From Kiritimatiellia bacterium (GTDB lineage: Bacteria; Verrucomicrobiota; Kiritimatiellia; RFP12; UBA1067): a stretch of 61,413 nt of DNA. The stretch covers positions 1-61,413 of the forward strand of contig JAGBZX010000025.1 of assembly GCA_017628025.1 (NCBI GenBank), in the 5' to 3' direction. Shown piece by piece: positions 53,603-61,413 of the stretch (its first letter is position 1; each line of letters starts with the position of its first letter). The notes below the pieces were generated by a model, which worked only from the letters and a program-made list of their open reading frames with translations, ran no database searches and was not told where the DNA came from. The translations under genes were made by a program, and so were the position numbers.

Positions 53603-53605
53603 AAA

Positions 53606-54052
53606 TTAGACCCTCCTGCGTTTACGTGCACGGCAACCGTTGTGAGGAACGGGCGTCGTATCGGTAATTTGAGTGACACGGATACCGGCAGCCTGAATTG
53701 CTCTAACTGCACTTTCGCGGCCTGCACCAGCGCCCTGCATCCTAACTTCACATTCATGCATGCCCTTGGCGAGCGCGATACGCGCAGCGTCCTGAGCGAC
53801 CATAGTGGCAGCAAAAGCCGTTGACTTACGGCTGCCCTTAAAGCCTGCCTTGCCAGCAGAGCTCCAGCTAATTACACCGCCTCTAGCGTCAGCAATTGAC
53901 ACCTGGGTGTTATTGAATGTAGAACGGATAAAAGCGATACCTGCAGGAATCGACTTACCGCTGCGCTTGGCCTTAACAGCCTCACCGCCTTCAGCATCTG
54001 CAACGGGCGCTGCCGCGGCAGGAGCTGCTGTCTTCTTGATATCTTCTGACAT
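53606..54052 (-). CDS. rpsK: 30S ribosomal protein S11 (with an N-terminal Ala-rich extension)
   Basis: [41 protein letters not shown]... Confidence 0.95.
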   Translation of the reverse strand: MSEDIKKTAAPAAAAPVADAEGGEAVKAKRSGKSIPAGIAFIRSTFNNTQVSIADARGGVISWSSAGKAGFKGSRKSTAFAATMVAQDAARIALAKGMHECEVRMQGAGAGRESAVRAIQAAGIRVTQITDTTPVPHNGCRARKRRRV

Positions 54053-54064
54053 GATGAAAACTCC

Positions 54065-54445
54065 TTAACGGCCAGCCTGCTTGGGCATGGCGATAGAGAT
54101 ACGCTTGCCGCCCTTGCGAGTGCGAGCGTTTGTTTTGGTACGCTGACCGCGGACGGGAAGACCCTTTTTGTGTCTGAGGCCGCGATAAGAACCGATCTGA
54201 ATAAGACGGCGGATATTCTGCGAAACCTCACGTCTGAGGTCGCCCTCAACGCGGAAATGATCCTGAATATACGTAGTGATGGCGTGAATCTCATCCTGAG
54301 TGACGTCATCAGCTTTCTTCATAGGATCTACATTTACGGCCGCCAAAACGTCATCGGCACGTTTTGGCCCAATACCGTGGATATACCGCAGTGCAAAGCG
54401 GATATGCTTTTTACCAGGGATGTCCACACCCATTAATCTAGGCAT
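54065..54445 (-). CDS. rpsM: 30S ribosomal protein S13
   Basis: MPRLMGVDIPGKKHIRFALRYIHGIGPKRA... Confidence 0.95.
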   Translation of the reverse strand: MPRLMGVDIPGKKHIRFALRYIHGIGPKRADDVLAAVNVDPMKKADDVTQDEIHAITTYIQDHFRVEGDLRREVSQNIRRLIQIGSYRGLRHKKGLPVRGQRTKTNARTRKGGKRISIAMPKQAGR

Positions 54446-54464
54446 ATTTTTATTACCTCATTTC

Positions 54465-54578
54465 TTACCCTTGACACTGCTTGTGCCTGGGATTGGTGCA
54501 GATCACGCGCACCACACCTTTACGGCGGATGATGCGGCAGTTCTCGCAAATGCGACGAACGGAACTACGTACTTTCAT
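54465..54578 (-). CDS. rpmJ: 50S ribosomal protein L36
   Basis: Hand translation: [37 protein letters not shown]. Below the ORF-track cutoff. Confidence 0.9.
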   Translation of the reverse strand: MKVRSSVRRICENCRIIRRKGVVRVICTNPRHKQCQG

Positions 54579-54610
54579 TGTTTGTTTAACTCTTTTGAGT
54601 GGTCGAATAA

Positions 54611-54625
54611 GTGCGTATTATATCA
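54611..54625 (-). promoter_or_regulatory. Stable-RNA type promoter TGATATAATACGCAC upstream of rpmJ
   Basis: Identical 15-mer to the tRNA-Gln promoter. The leader of about 25 nt has no recognisable SD. Confidence 0.6.
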
Positions 54626-54631
54626 AAAATG

Positions 54632-55600
54632 CTAAATCTTTTGCAAGGGGTAATTTTTTAAATTTTCAAGTTCATGCTCAATTTGCTCTAAAGAGCGTAT
54701 TTTTGAGAGCCTTGAACGTAGCTGTGCAGCCCCTGGCATACCATTGAAGTATCTAAATAGATGCGTATGCATACGTATCGAAGCGAATGCATCGCGTGAT
54801 GGCAAATGGTCATTTGGAAACTTTTCAACAAGCTGCTTATGGAAATCTAGTAAAAATTGCAAATGCATCCTACATGATGTCATCGCGTCATGTTCAACAA
54901 GGGGCTTTTCACCTTTTAGTAGTGAAAATATCCACGGCTTTGATAATGCCGCCCTTCCTATCATAAGACCTGCTACGCCAGTAGAAGCCATTTTCTTAAC
55001 ACTTTGCGCATCTTTGATGCTGCCATTTCCTATTATCTCAAGCTTAGTTTTTGAAACTACTTCTTCTAATACATCAAGATGTACTTCTCCAGAATGCTTT
55101 TCTGATGTATAGCGAGCATGAATAATAATACTAGATGCGCCAGCTTTTTCCGCTGCATCTAAAATTTCAAATATCAAGGTTTTTTGAGGATGAGGCCCTA
55201 AGCGCGTTTTAAGGGTAATGGGCAAAGTTGTCGCGCTTTTCATTGCCTTGAGCAGTTTATAGATTTTCTCTGGAGTCTCTATAAGTTTTGCGCCAGAGCC
55301 AGACCTAGTAATTCGCAACATTGGACAGCCAGCATTGAGATTTATCGAAGCAAAACTCCCTGTTTCTTCTATTAATTTAGCAGAAAACGCTAATTCCTCT
55401 TCATTTGAGCCAAAAAGTTGGCAATGAACTCGACCCTCTTCGGGCAATGTTTCTATTAGACGCAATGTGCCGCGGTGACCGTGGAAAAGAGCCGCCGCAC
55501 TAACCATCTCTGTATACGCCTCATCAGCACCACCCAAAAAACACATTTTTCTAAAAGGTGCATCTGTGAAATCTGCTAATGGTGCTAGTATATACTTCAT
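54632..55600 (-). CDS. tRNA-dihydrouridine synthase
   Basis: LAPLADFTDAPFRKMC, INLNAGCP, IIGNGSI, GLMIGRAA. Confidence 0.85.
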   Translation of the reverse strand: MKYILAPLADFTDAPFRKMCFLGGADEAYTEMVSAAALFHGHRGTLRLIETLPEEGRVHCQLFGSNEEELAFSAKLIEETGSFASINLNAGCPMLRITRSGSGAKLIETPEKIYKLLKAMKSATTLPITLKTRLGPHPQKTLIFEILDAAEKAGASSIIIHARYTSEKHSGEVHLDVLEEVVSKTKLEIIGNGSIKDAQSVKKMASTGVAGLMIGRAALSKPWIFSLLKGEKPLVEHDAMTSCRMHLQFLLDFHKQLVEKFPNDHLPSRDAFASIRMHTHLFRYFNGMPGAAQLRSRLSKIRSLEQIEHELENLKNYPLQKI

Positions 55601-57126
55601 TTTTTATTAGGAGCAAAAAACGGATCTACATATCCTTTTGTTTTTGTAGGATTAGCTACCGTAACAAAACTTGGAGCCCCCCATGTAGAAGAATCACTCT
55701 TAGCAAAAATCGCCACATCAACACGCGATGTTATTGAGCTTAAATCGATAGTTAACTTGGCAAGATTTGAAGCTATGCGCTCAAGCTTATGAGAAGAGGC
55801 ACCATTTACTATTGAAAATTCATTTGAAGTGCCGCCAGTTGATTTAATAAAAAACTCTTGAGTACCCTTATCTTCTCTTACAACAAATGCAACAGAGCAA
55901 CGAGAAGAAAATACACACTCCGCTTTAATCTTTTCGCCTTCCTTTGGCTTTGCTGGGCCAGCAGCTATAATTGCGACGGGAGGAATTTCTTCAGCTTTAA
56001 GCTTTTTTGAAAGCTTTATTAATTTAGGGACATTAAGTCCATTTGGCGGCATACATGTCGGGTGCGCCTTAGAAGACAAATAATCTGCCTCTGTCTCTAC
56101 CCCAACTAATGAGCGACGGATAATATTCTGGACTAAAGGTGCGAGCATCCCTTTCGAAACAGCCGCGGCTTTAACTTCGCTTTTAAGAGAGCGAGAAATC
56201 TCTAATGATGCTTTCAAATAATATAAATCTGACCAACTTGCCCCTGATGTAACAATCCAATAAGGAGCTACCGACATAAACAAATCACCATTAACCCCTA
56301 CAGGTGGATAATCGGCATTGGCAGGAAAAACCCATATCTGATTTAGAAAATAAAACTTCTCCATCAGATAAAACTTATTTCTATCAATCGTCATCAATGC
56401 ACGCGGCAAACTGCGCCAAAAAGATTTATCTTGGAGAGCTCTAGAACAATTTCCAAAAACTGGATATGGGAAAATCATATTAGGAAAATCTAGATGCGCT
56501 CTGCGATTTCTCGCTTCCCTATCGAGCATGACTTCTGTAAGTCCTGGAAAATCCGCTACATTTATTCTAGAATGCATACCGTCACGATTCATATAAAGAT
56601 CGTATCGGTTAGCGCCCGCCTTACCGCCTGTCAACTTTGCCTTTACAGAAAAAGCACCAACCTCAAAGTCCCAACCGAGATTATGCTCGCCAACTGAAAG
56701 CGGTCCATTCCCAACTCCACACGTTGTTGGCACACTAGCTAGCGGTCCAAATAAAATAGGTTTTTTCGCGATTGAGCGCGCATACTCAATAAGCTTTGCA
56801 AATCGCTTGCGATCTTTTAGCCTAGCTAAATCAAGATCGGCCGCCATTGATACATGATCTCTATAACCTAAATCAATCGCCTTTTCAAGTTGCACATACG
56901 CAGGTTCTTGATCCTCTTTATAAGCTAATGCACAAGCGTAATTATATGCCCAAGTTGGGTCTTCTGGCAAAAGCGCTGCTGCTTTTGAACTTGTTTCAAG
57001 CATCGTTGACGTATCTCCAGTGCGATACGCATTTACAAATGCTGCTTTTAATTTTGTATGCTCAAGTTGCTTTGCCGGATATTCCCATATCGACAGCACA
57101 GCTAAAGCTACGACAAGCCAATTCAT
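55597..57126 (-). CDS. Hypothetical protein (signal/TM N-terminus, one TPR-like segment)
   Basis: 509-aa ORF overlapping dus by 4 nt. No family recognised. Confidence 0.55.
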   Translation of the reverse strand: MNWLVVALAVLSIWEYPAKQLEHTKLKAAFVNAYRTGDTSTMLETSSKAAALLPEDPTWAYNYACALAYKEDQEPAYVQLEKAIDLGYRDHVSMAADLDLARLKDRKRFAKLIEYARSIAKKPILFGPLASVPTTCGVGNGPLSVGEHNLGWDFEVGAFSVKAKLTGGKAGANRYDLYMNRDGMHSRINVADFPGLTEVMLDREARNRRAHLDFPNMIFPYPVFGNCSRALQDKSFWRSLPRALMTIDRNKFYLMEKFYFLNQIWVFPANADYPPVGVNGDLFMSVAPYWIVTSGASWSDLYYLKASLEISRSLKSEVKAAAVSKGMLAPLVQNIIRRSLVGVETEADYLSSKAHPTCMPPNGLNVPKLIKLSKKLKAEEIPPVAIIAAGPAKPKEGEKIKAECVFSSRCSVAFVVREDKGTQEFFIKSTGGTSNEFSIVNGASSHKLERIASNLAKLTIDLSSITSRVDVAIFAKSDSSTWGAPSFVTVANPTKTKGYVDPFFAPNKK

Positions 57127-57127
57127 A

Positions 57128-58588
57128 TTATTTCCTTCCGCGAAGACGCATCCACGTTGGTATCTTTACCATTCTTGCTTCACGGCTTTGATTTGTAGAG
57201 ACAGTATCTATTGTACCGATTGATGGCGATTCAAGCTCTGCTATGCGTGCCATAAGCACCTGTTGATTTTGAGCTTCGCGGCGCATGAGCTCATCATTTT
57301 GCTTGCGTAAGTTTAAAATTTCCTTCTCGCGGAAATTTAACTTCTCGCGCAAAAGCGCAACTTCCTGATTAATCTGTGCAATATCTTTATCGCTCACCAA
57401 TCTACGCGATTGTTCAGCCTTTAATAGACGTATCGTTTCAGACTGCTCTGAAATCTTGCGCTCGCGTTCTGCAGCCGTTTTTTCAGCCATGCGGCGATAA
57501 TCCTCGTATTCTGTCCTTATTTGTGCAGTACGGGGATCTTCAGGATTTGAACGCAAAGCCAAACGAGTCATTTCTGCCGCGTCAGCGCCTGCTCTCTTAA
57601 GAAGATTACGCCTACGCTCAGTTAATCGTTCAATCCTGTTTTGGTATCTAGCACACATTTCTTCAAACTCGGCTTTTTCTGCTTCTAAGGTATTGGCTAA
57701 TTCAGTTGCCTCGTCAGAAATTATCGAATAGACTGCTGCTTGCATATTAGCTATTTCACTTGCAGCCTGAGGAAGACGCTCTAGATCTTCCCTAAGTTTT
57801 CCTATCGTAAGATCCTTATCAGCTAGCTCAGTAGCGCGTTGCTCAAGTTGAGTTTTATTAACATCAAGAATTGACTCTAATTCCCTTACTCTTCTTTCAT
57901 CAATAATTGTTTTCTCAACAATTTTCTCTACTTCAACAGGAACTTCTACGCGTACTTCTTTTATAACTTCCTTTTCAACTATCTTTTCTACTTCAACTGG
58001 AACCTCAACGCGTACTTCTTTAATAACTTCCTTCTCTACTATCTTTTCTACCTCAACTGGCACTTCAACGCGCACCTCTTTTACAACTTCCTTCTCTACT
58101 ATCTTTTCTACCTCAACTGGCACTTCAACGCGCACCTCTTTTACAACTTCCTTCTCTACTATCTTTTCTACCTCAACTGGCACTTCAACGCGCACCTCAT
58201 TTACGAGAGATACATCTTCTTTCTCTACTTCAAAAAACTCCTCGGCCTTCGGCTCTTCGATTTGTTGTTCACTTACCTCTATAGTTTCTTCTTCAAATGG
58301 TGCACGCACTTCAACAACCTTAGCAATTGGAGGTAAGCGCCCAGAAGAAATAAGCGCATCTGCCGCGGCTTTATTATATGGCCCTCGCGGATTTCCATCT
58401 CCCAAATCAATTGAAAAGCGCATATCTAAAAACGCTACATCCTCAACTTTACGCCAAGTAAAATTATCGGAGGAAATTTCTTGTCCTGGCTGTATACGCC
58501 CTACCTTTGCCCACGCAATAAGTTGCTCTCTAGACTCTGGACCGAAAACTTCGTCTGCAGTTCTTAAATACCACTTTTCATTTTGCAT
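57128..58588 (-). CDS. GYF_2 (DUF4339)-domain protein with five 20-aa repeats and a long C-terminal coiled coil
   Basis: N-terminus KWYLRTADEVFGPESREQLIAWAKVGRIQPGQEISSDNFTWRKVEDV. Repeats of VEVPVEVEKIVEKEV(V/I)KEVR. C-terminal heptad-rich region. Confidence 0.7.
   Translation of the reverse strand: MQNEKWYLRTADEVFGPESREQLIAWAKVGRIQPGQEISSDNFTWRKVEDVAFLDMRFSIDLGDGNPRGPYNKAAADALISSGRLPPIAKVVEVRAPFEEETIEVSEQQIEEPKAEEFFEVEKEDVSLVNEVRVEVPVEVEKIVEKEVVKEVRVEVPVEVEKIVEKEVVKEVRVEVPVEVEKIVEKEVIKEVRVEVPVEVEKIVEKEVIKEVRVEVPVEVEKIVEKTIIDERRVRELESILDVNKTQLEQRATELADKDLTIGKLREDLERLPQAASEIANMQAAVYSIISDEATELANTLEAEKAEFEEMCARYQNRIERLTERRRNLLKRAGADAAEMTRLALRSNPEDPRTAQIRTEYEDYRRMAEKTAAERERKISEQSETIRLLKAEQSRRLVSDKDIAQINQEVALLREKLNFREKEILNLRKQNDELMRREAQNQQVLMARIAELESPSIGTIDTVSTNQSREARMVKIPTWMRLRGRK
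57911..58198. repeat. 60-bp in-frame tandem repeat array (about 4.8 units) inside the GYF gene
   Basis: Units at 58021-58080 and 58081-58140 are identical. Neighbouring units differ by a few synonymous or V/I changes. Confidence 0.9.
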
Positions 58589-58591
58589 AAA

Positions 58592-59386
58592 TTACCTCCT
58601 ACCAAAAAGGCGACTGCCAAATCTGTGTTTATTCGCTGCTGCTATTTCACGCTGAGCAGCGGCCTCAAGCGCTTTTAATTTATCGCTAGAAACATCTTTA
58701 AAAATACCTTCTAACCTTACTGGAGGAGTAGCCCCAGATGGTTCTTCGAGAACTTCAGCAGTGACCACTCTTCTGGGAGGTGGTGCTACTTCAATCACGC
58801 GCTCAACTATCTTCTCAACTGGCACCTCGACGCGAACTTCTTTTATGACTTCCTTCTCGACGATTTTCTCTACCTCAACTGGCACCTCTACGCGCACTTC
58901 TTTTATCACTTCCTTCTCGACAATCTTCTCTACCTCAACTGGCACCTCTACGCGAACTTCTTTTATCACTTCCTTCTCGACGATTTTCTCTACCTCAACT
59001 GGCACCTCTACGCGCACTTCTTTTATCACTTCCTTCTCGACAATCTTCTCTACTACAACTGGAGGAGGATCTTGCTCTGCTAGAAGTTCATGCATCTTAT
59101 AGAGTTTTGCGCCTGTAGGCATTTCGCCTCGAGCCTGAAGACCTATAACGAGCGTTCGATTAAATGGACCAAAGAGTTTCCCAGGCTCTGTTTCTACTAT
59201 CCATTTCATCTCTAGCTCTGGCACTGTTTGTGCTGGCATCCACGAGCGTCTATCTGAAGATATTAAGCTAGCCGGTTCAATACGCCCATCGCGACACCAA
59301 GCTACAAGTTGCGTCATTGTTGCAGGGCCATAGACTTTAGAGTCTGCCGCTTTTACGTACCATTTCTTTTCTTCTGACATATACAA
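58592..59386 (-). CDS. GYF_2 (DUF4339)-domain protein with four 20-aa repeats (paralogue of the downstream gene)
   Basis: KKWYVKAADSKVYGPATMTQLVAWCRDGRIEPASLISSDRRSWMPAQTVPEL, then VEKIVEKEVIKEVRVEVPVE four times. The start could be ATG 59380. Confidence 0.7.
   Translation of the reverse strand: MYMSEEKKWYVKAADSKVYGPATMTQLVAWCRDGRIEPASLISSDRRSWMPAQTVPELEMKWIVETEPGKLFGPFNRTLVIGLQARGEMPTGAKLYKMHELLAEQDPPPVVVEKIVEKEVIKEVRVEVPVEVEKIVEKEVIKEVRVEVPVEVEKIVEKEVIKEVRVEVPVEVEKIVEKEVIKEVRVEVPVEKIVERVIEVAPPPRRVVTAEVLEEPSGATPPVRLEGIFKDVSSDKLKALEAAAQREIAAANKHRFGSRLFGRR
58799..59056. repeat. 60-bp in-frame tandem repeat array with 120-bp higher-order periodicity
   Basis: 58861-58920 is identical to 58981-59040. 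Confidence 0.9.
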
Positions 59387-59404
59387 ATTAGTCTTCTACA
59401 AATT

Positions 59405-60628
59405 TTACATTGCTTTTACTAGGGCTTCTGCAAACTGCGAACAGCTTACTTCTTTTGCGCCTTCCATTAAGCGCGCAAAATCATAAGTAACAGTTTTTTC
59501 TGCAATTACTTTATCCATCGCGGAAATAATTAAATCTGCCGCTTCCGTCCACCCCATATATCTAAGCATCATTTCACCAGAAAGTATTAATGAACCTGGA
59601 TTTACTTTATCTAGCCCAGCATACTTTGGAGCAGTTCCATGGGTTGCTTCAAAAACAGCAACACCGGTTTGATAATTAATATTTGCTCCTGGAGCTATAC
59701 CAATACCACCGACTGTCGCTGCTAGCGCGTCGGAAACATAATCACCATTCAAGTTAAGTGTTGCAATTACGTCGTATTCTGCAGGGCGTGTTAATATCTG
59801 TTGTAAAAACGCATCACAAATACAATCTTTAATTACTATTTCGTTTCCAGTTTTGGGATTTTTAAGTTTACACCATGGTCCTTCGCCAATAGGCTCGGCA
59901 AAGTATTCGCGCCTTGCAAGTTGATACCCCCAATCGCGGAACGCACCTTCTGTAAACTTCTGTATATTCCCTTTATGGACGAGAGTTACAGACTTGCGAT
60001 CATTTGTAATAGCGTAATCAATAGCTGCGCGAACGAGGCGTTCTGTACCTTCTATTGAAACTGGCTTAATTCCTATTGAAGAAGTTTCTGGGAAGCGGAT
60101 TTTTTTTACTCCCATTTCTTCAATTAAGAATTTTTTGATTTTATCAGCGCCTTCTGTGCCGCTCATCCACTCAATGCCTGCGTAGATATCTTCGGTGTTT
60201 TCTCTAAAAACTACCATATCGGTAGATTCAGGGTGTTTAACAGGAGAAGGTACACCTTTAAAGTAGCGAACAGGTCTAAGGCAGACATAGAGATCTAATT
60301 CTTGACGCATTGCGACATTAATAGAACGAATTCCGCCACCCACTGGAGTCGTCAATGGACCTTTTATAGAGACAAGGGCTTCTTTACAAGTATCAAGAGT
60401 TTCTTGAGGCAGCCACTGACCAGTTTTCTTAAATGCCTTTTCGCCAGCGAGAACTTCGCGCCATTGAATGGAACGGGACTGTCCATATGCCTTTTTAATC
60501 GAGGCGTTCCAAACGCGCAAAGCTGCACTTGTTATATCTGGACCTATTCCATCACCTTCTATATATGGAATCACAGGACAATCAGGCACACATAGCGCGC
60601 CATCACACATAGAAATTGTATTTTTCAT
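59405..60628 (-). CDS. icd: NADP-dependent isocitrate dehydrogenase
   Basis: [45 protein letters not shown]. 407 aa. Confidence 0.95.
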   Translation of the reverse strand: MKNTISMCDGALCVPDCPVIPYIEGDGIGPDITSAALRVWNASIKKAYGQSRSIQWREVLAGEKAFKKTGQWLPQETLDTCKEALVSIKGPLTTPVGGGIRSINVAMRQELDLYVCLRPVRYFKGVPSPVKHPESTDMVVFRENTEDIYAGIEWMSGTEGADKIKKFLIEEMGVKKIRFPETSSIGIKPVSIEGTERLVRAAIDYAITNDRKSVTLVHKGNIQKFTEGAFRDWGYQLARREYFAEPIGEGPWCKLKNPKTGNEIVIKDCICDAFLQQILTRPAEYDVIATLNLNGDYVSDALAATVGGIGIAPGANINYQTGVAVFEATHGTAPKYAGLDKVNPGSLILSGEMMLRYMGWTEAADLIISAMDKVIAEKTVTYDFARLMEGAKEVSCSQFAEALVKAM

Positions 60629-60634
60629 ACTAAT

Positions 60635-60643
60635 ATTATATCA
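60635..60643 (-). promoter_or_regulatory. Extended -10 promoter TGATATAAT, 6 nt from the icd ATG (predicted leaderless)
   Basis: The gap ATTAGT is followed directly by the ATG. Confidence 0.6.
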
Positions 60644-60660
60644 TAAATTTCAGCAAATTA

Positions 60661-60784
60661 ACTCATTTACCTTGTAATTCTCTATTTACCTTGCAACTCT
60701 CCATTTACCTTGCAACTCTCTATTTACCTTGCAATTCTCCATTTACTCTTTTACCTTGCAATTCTCCATTTGCCTTGCAATCAA
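60661..60784. repeat. 19-bp direct tandem repeat CYATTTACCTTGCAAYTCT, about 6 units (one with an 8-bp insertion)
   Basis: Read directly from the sequence. The array begins about 20 bp upstream of the icd -10 element. Confidence 0.9.
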
Positions 60785-60916
60785 CATTGGAAGAAGTTAA
60801 TGGACATTTGGAAAAACTAAATGCGACCACGAGTCACAATGTCCCTATTATATTTTAGTCGCATTTACTCTGACAACCAATCATGAACTTTGGAGTTAAG
60901 AAGTTATAGTCTCTTA

Positions 60917-60968
60917 ATACTCCAATGAGAAAAATACTCCAATGAGAAAAATACTCCAATGAGAAAAA
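60917..60968. repeat. 17-bp tandem repeat ATACTCCAATGAGAAAA, 3 units
   Basis: Three perfect units, each containing the AATGAGAA core. Confidence 0.9.
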
Positions 60969-61081
60969 TTGTCAACGCACAAACCTCACAAAAATAAAAA
61001 CAGTAATTCTAAAAAATTATTCTAGCGATAATTTCAATCTCTCCATTGCAAATCACTCCCCAGCTCCACTCAAAACACCCC

Positions 61082-61110
61082 AAGATTTTTCCGCATATAA
61101 TTCTCATTTT
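61082..61110 (-). repeat. AATGAGAA motif copy M4 (inverted orientation)
   Basis: The minus strand reads AAAATGAGAATTATATGCGGAAAAATCTT. Confidence 0.8.
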
Positions 61111-61413
61111 AAAAATCTTACCGTCTTTGCAGCACGCAAAAACTTCTTAAAAGATCTCTTAAAAAGTCTAAATCTCCCCTCGAAAAAGGACAAAAAGATT
61201 TCCTGAACGACACTTAAGCTAGATGCAAACTGTTTTTGCTCAAGAAACGCTGCTTTTCGCCCAACAAATGCCAAGATTCTAGCTTTTTTACCGAAAAAAA
61301 TGGGTAAAAAAGACAAAAACCGCCCTAGTCGCGATTTATTTGCTGCGGTTTTTGCTTAGTTTTCTTTGGGGTTTTTAGCTATCCCTACCCGTCATACACC
61401 CTATCGGGCGAGA

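Noticed and set aside
60661-60784. CRISPR array
   Set aside because: The 19-bp units are contiguous with no spacers, and there are no cas genes. They are tandem direct repeats, not a CRISPR.

Overview
The window is a 61.4 kb chromosomal segment from a moderately AT-rich bacterium. Gene content (PPi-type PFK, ThrH, UXS, many secreted duplicated esterases, PEGA/FHA/TPR proteins) makes me guess a PVC/Lentisphaerota-like organism, but that is unverified inference. About 90% of the coding capacity lies on the minus strand.

Most of the window (4.7-60.6 kb) is housekeeping:
- Translation and tRNA: metG, valS, the rplY-rpsF-rpsR-rplI cluster, the rpmJ-rpsM-rpsK-rpsD-rpoA-rplQ-rpsU cluster, and tRNA-Gln, tRNA-Arg and tRNA-Glu.
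- Replication and repair: ruvA, dprA, dnaX.
- Metabolism: ispE, metK, hemW, purE, an AICARFT-only purH, PFK, UXS, acpP, icd.
- Envelope: a short murC, an amidase, an MlaD-like protein and an ExbBD-TPR-VWA operon.

The left 4.7 kb is different. It is a mosaic accessory island of small same-strand gene cassettes:
- a partial P-loop ATPase;
- a GxxExxY nuclease-fold fragment;
- an orphan membrane protein;
- a DUF3791-DUF3990-DUF3791 trio;
- two coupled micro-ORFs;
- a fragment of an Avd-like four-helix-bundle gene.

These cassettes are separated by shuffled repeat modules, inverted-repeat brackets, and three copies of one promoter-leader element that carries a GCCCCATGGGGC palindrome.

Other points of interest:
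- a genome-wide extended -10 promoter (TGATATAAT) placed so close to several ATGs that the mRNAs should be leaderless;
- a stable-RNA promoter signature (TGATATAMTACGCAC), including one orphan copy antisense to rpsU;
- a dispersed 29-bp AATGAGAA motif;
- two adjacent GYF-domain paralogues with a conserved 20-aa (60-bp) tandem repeat;
- an orphan FHA / T2SS-F / PEGA module;
- 19-bp iteron-like repeats upstream of icd.

All family assignments come from reading motifs by eye. No database search was possible.
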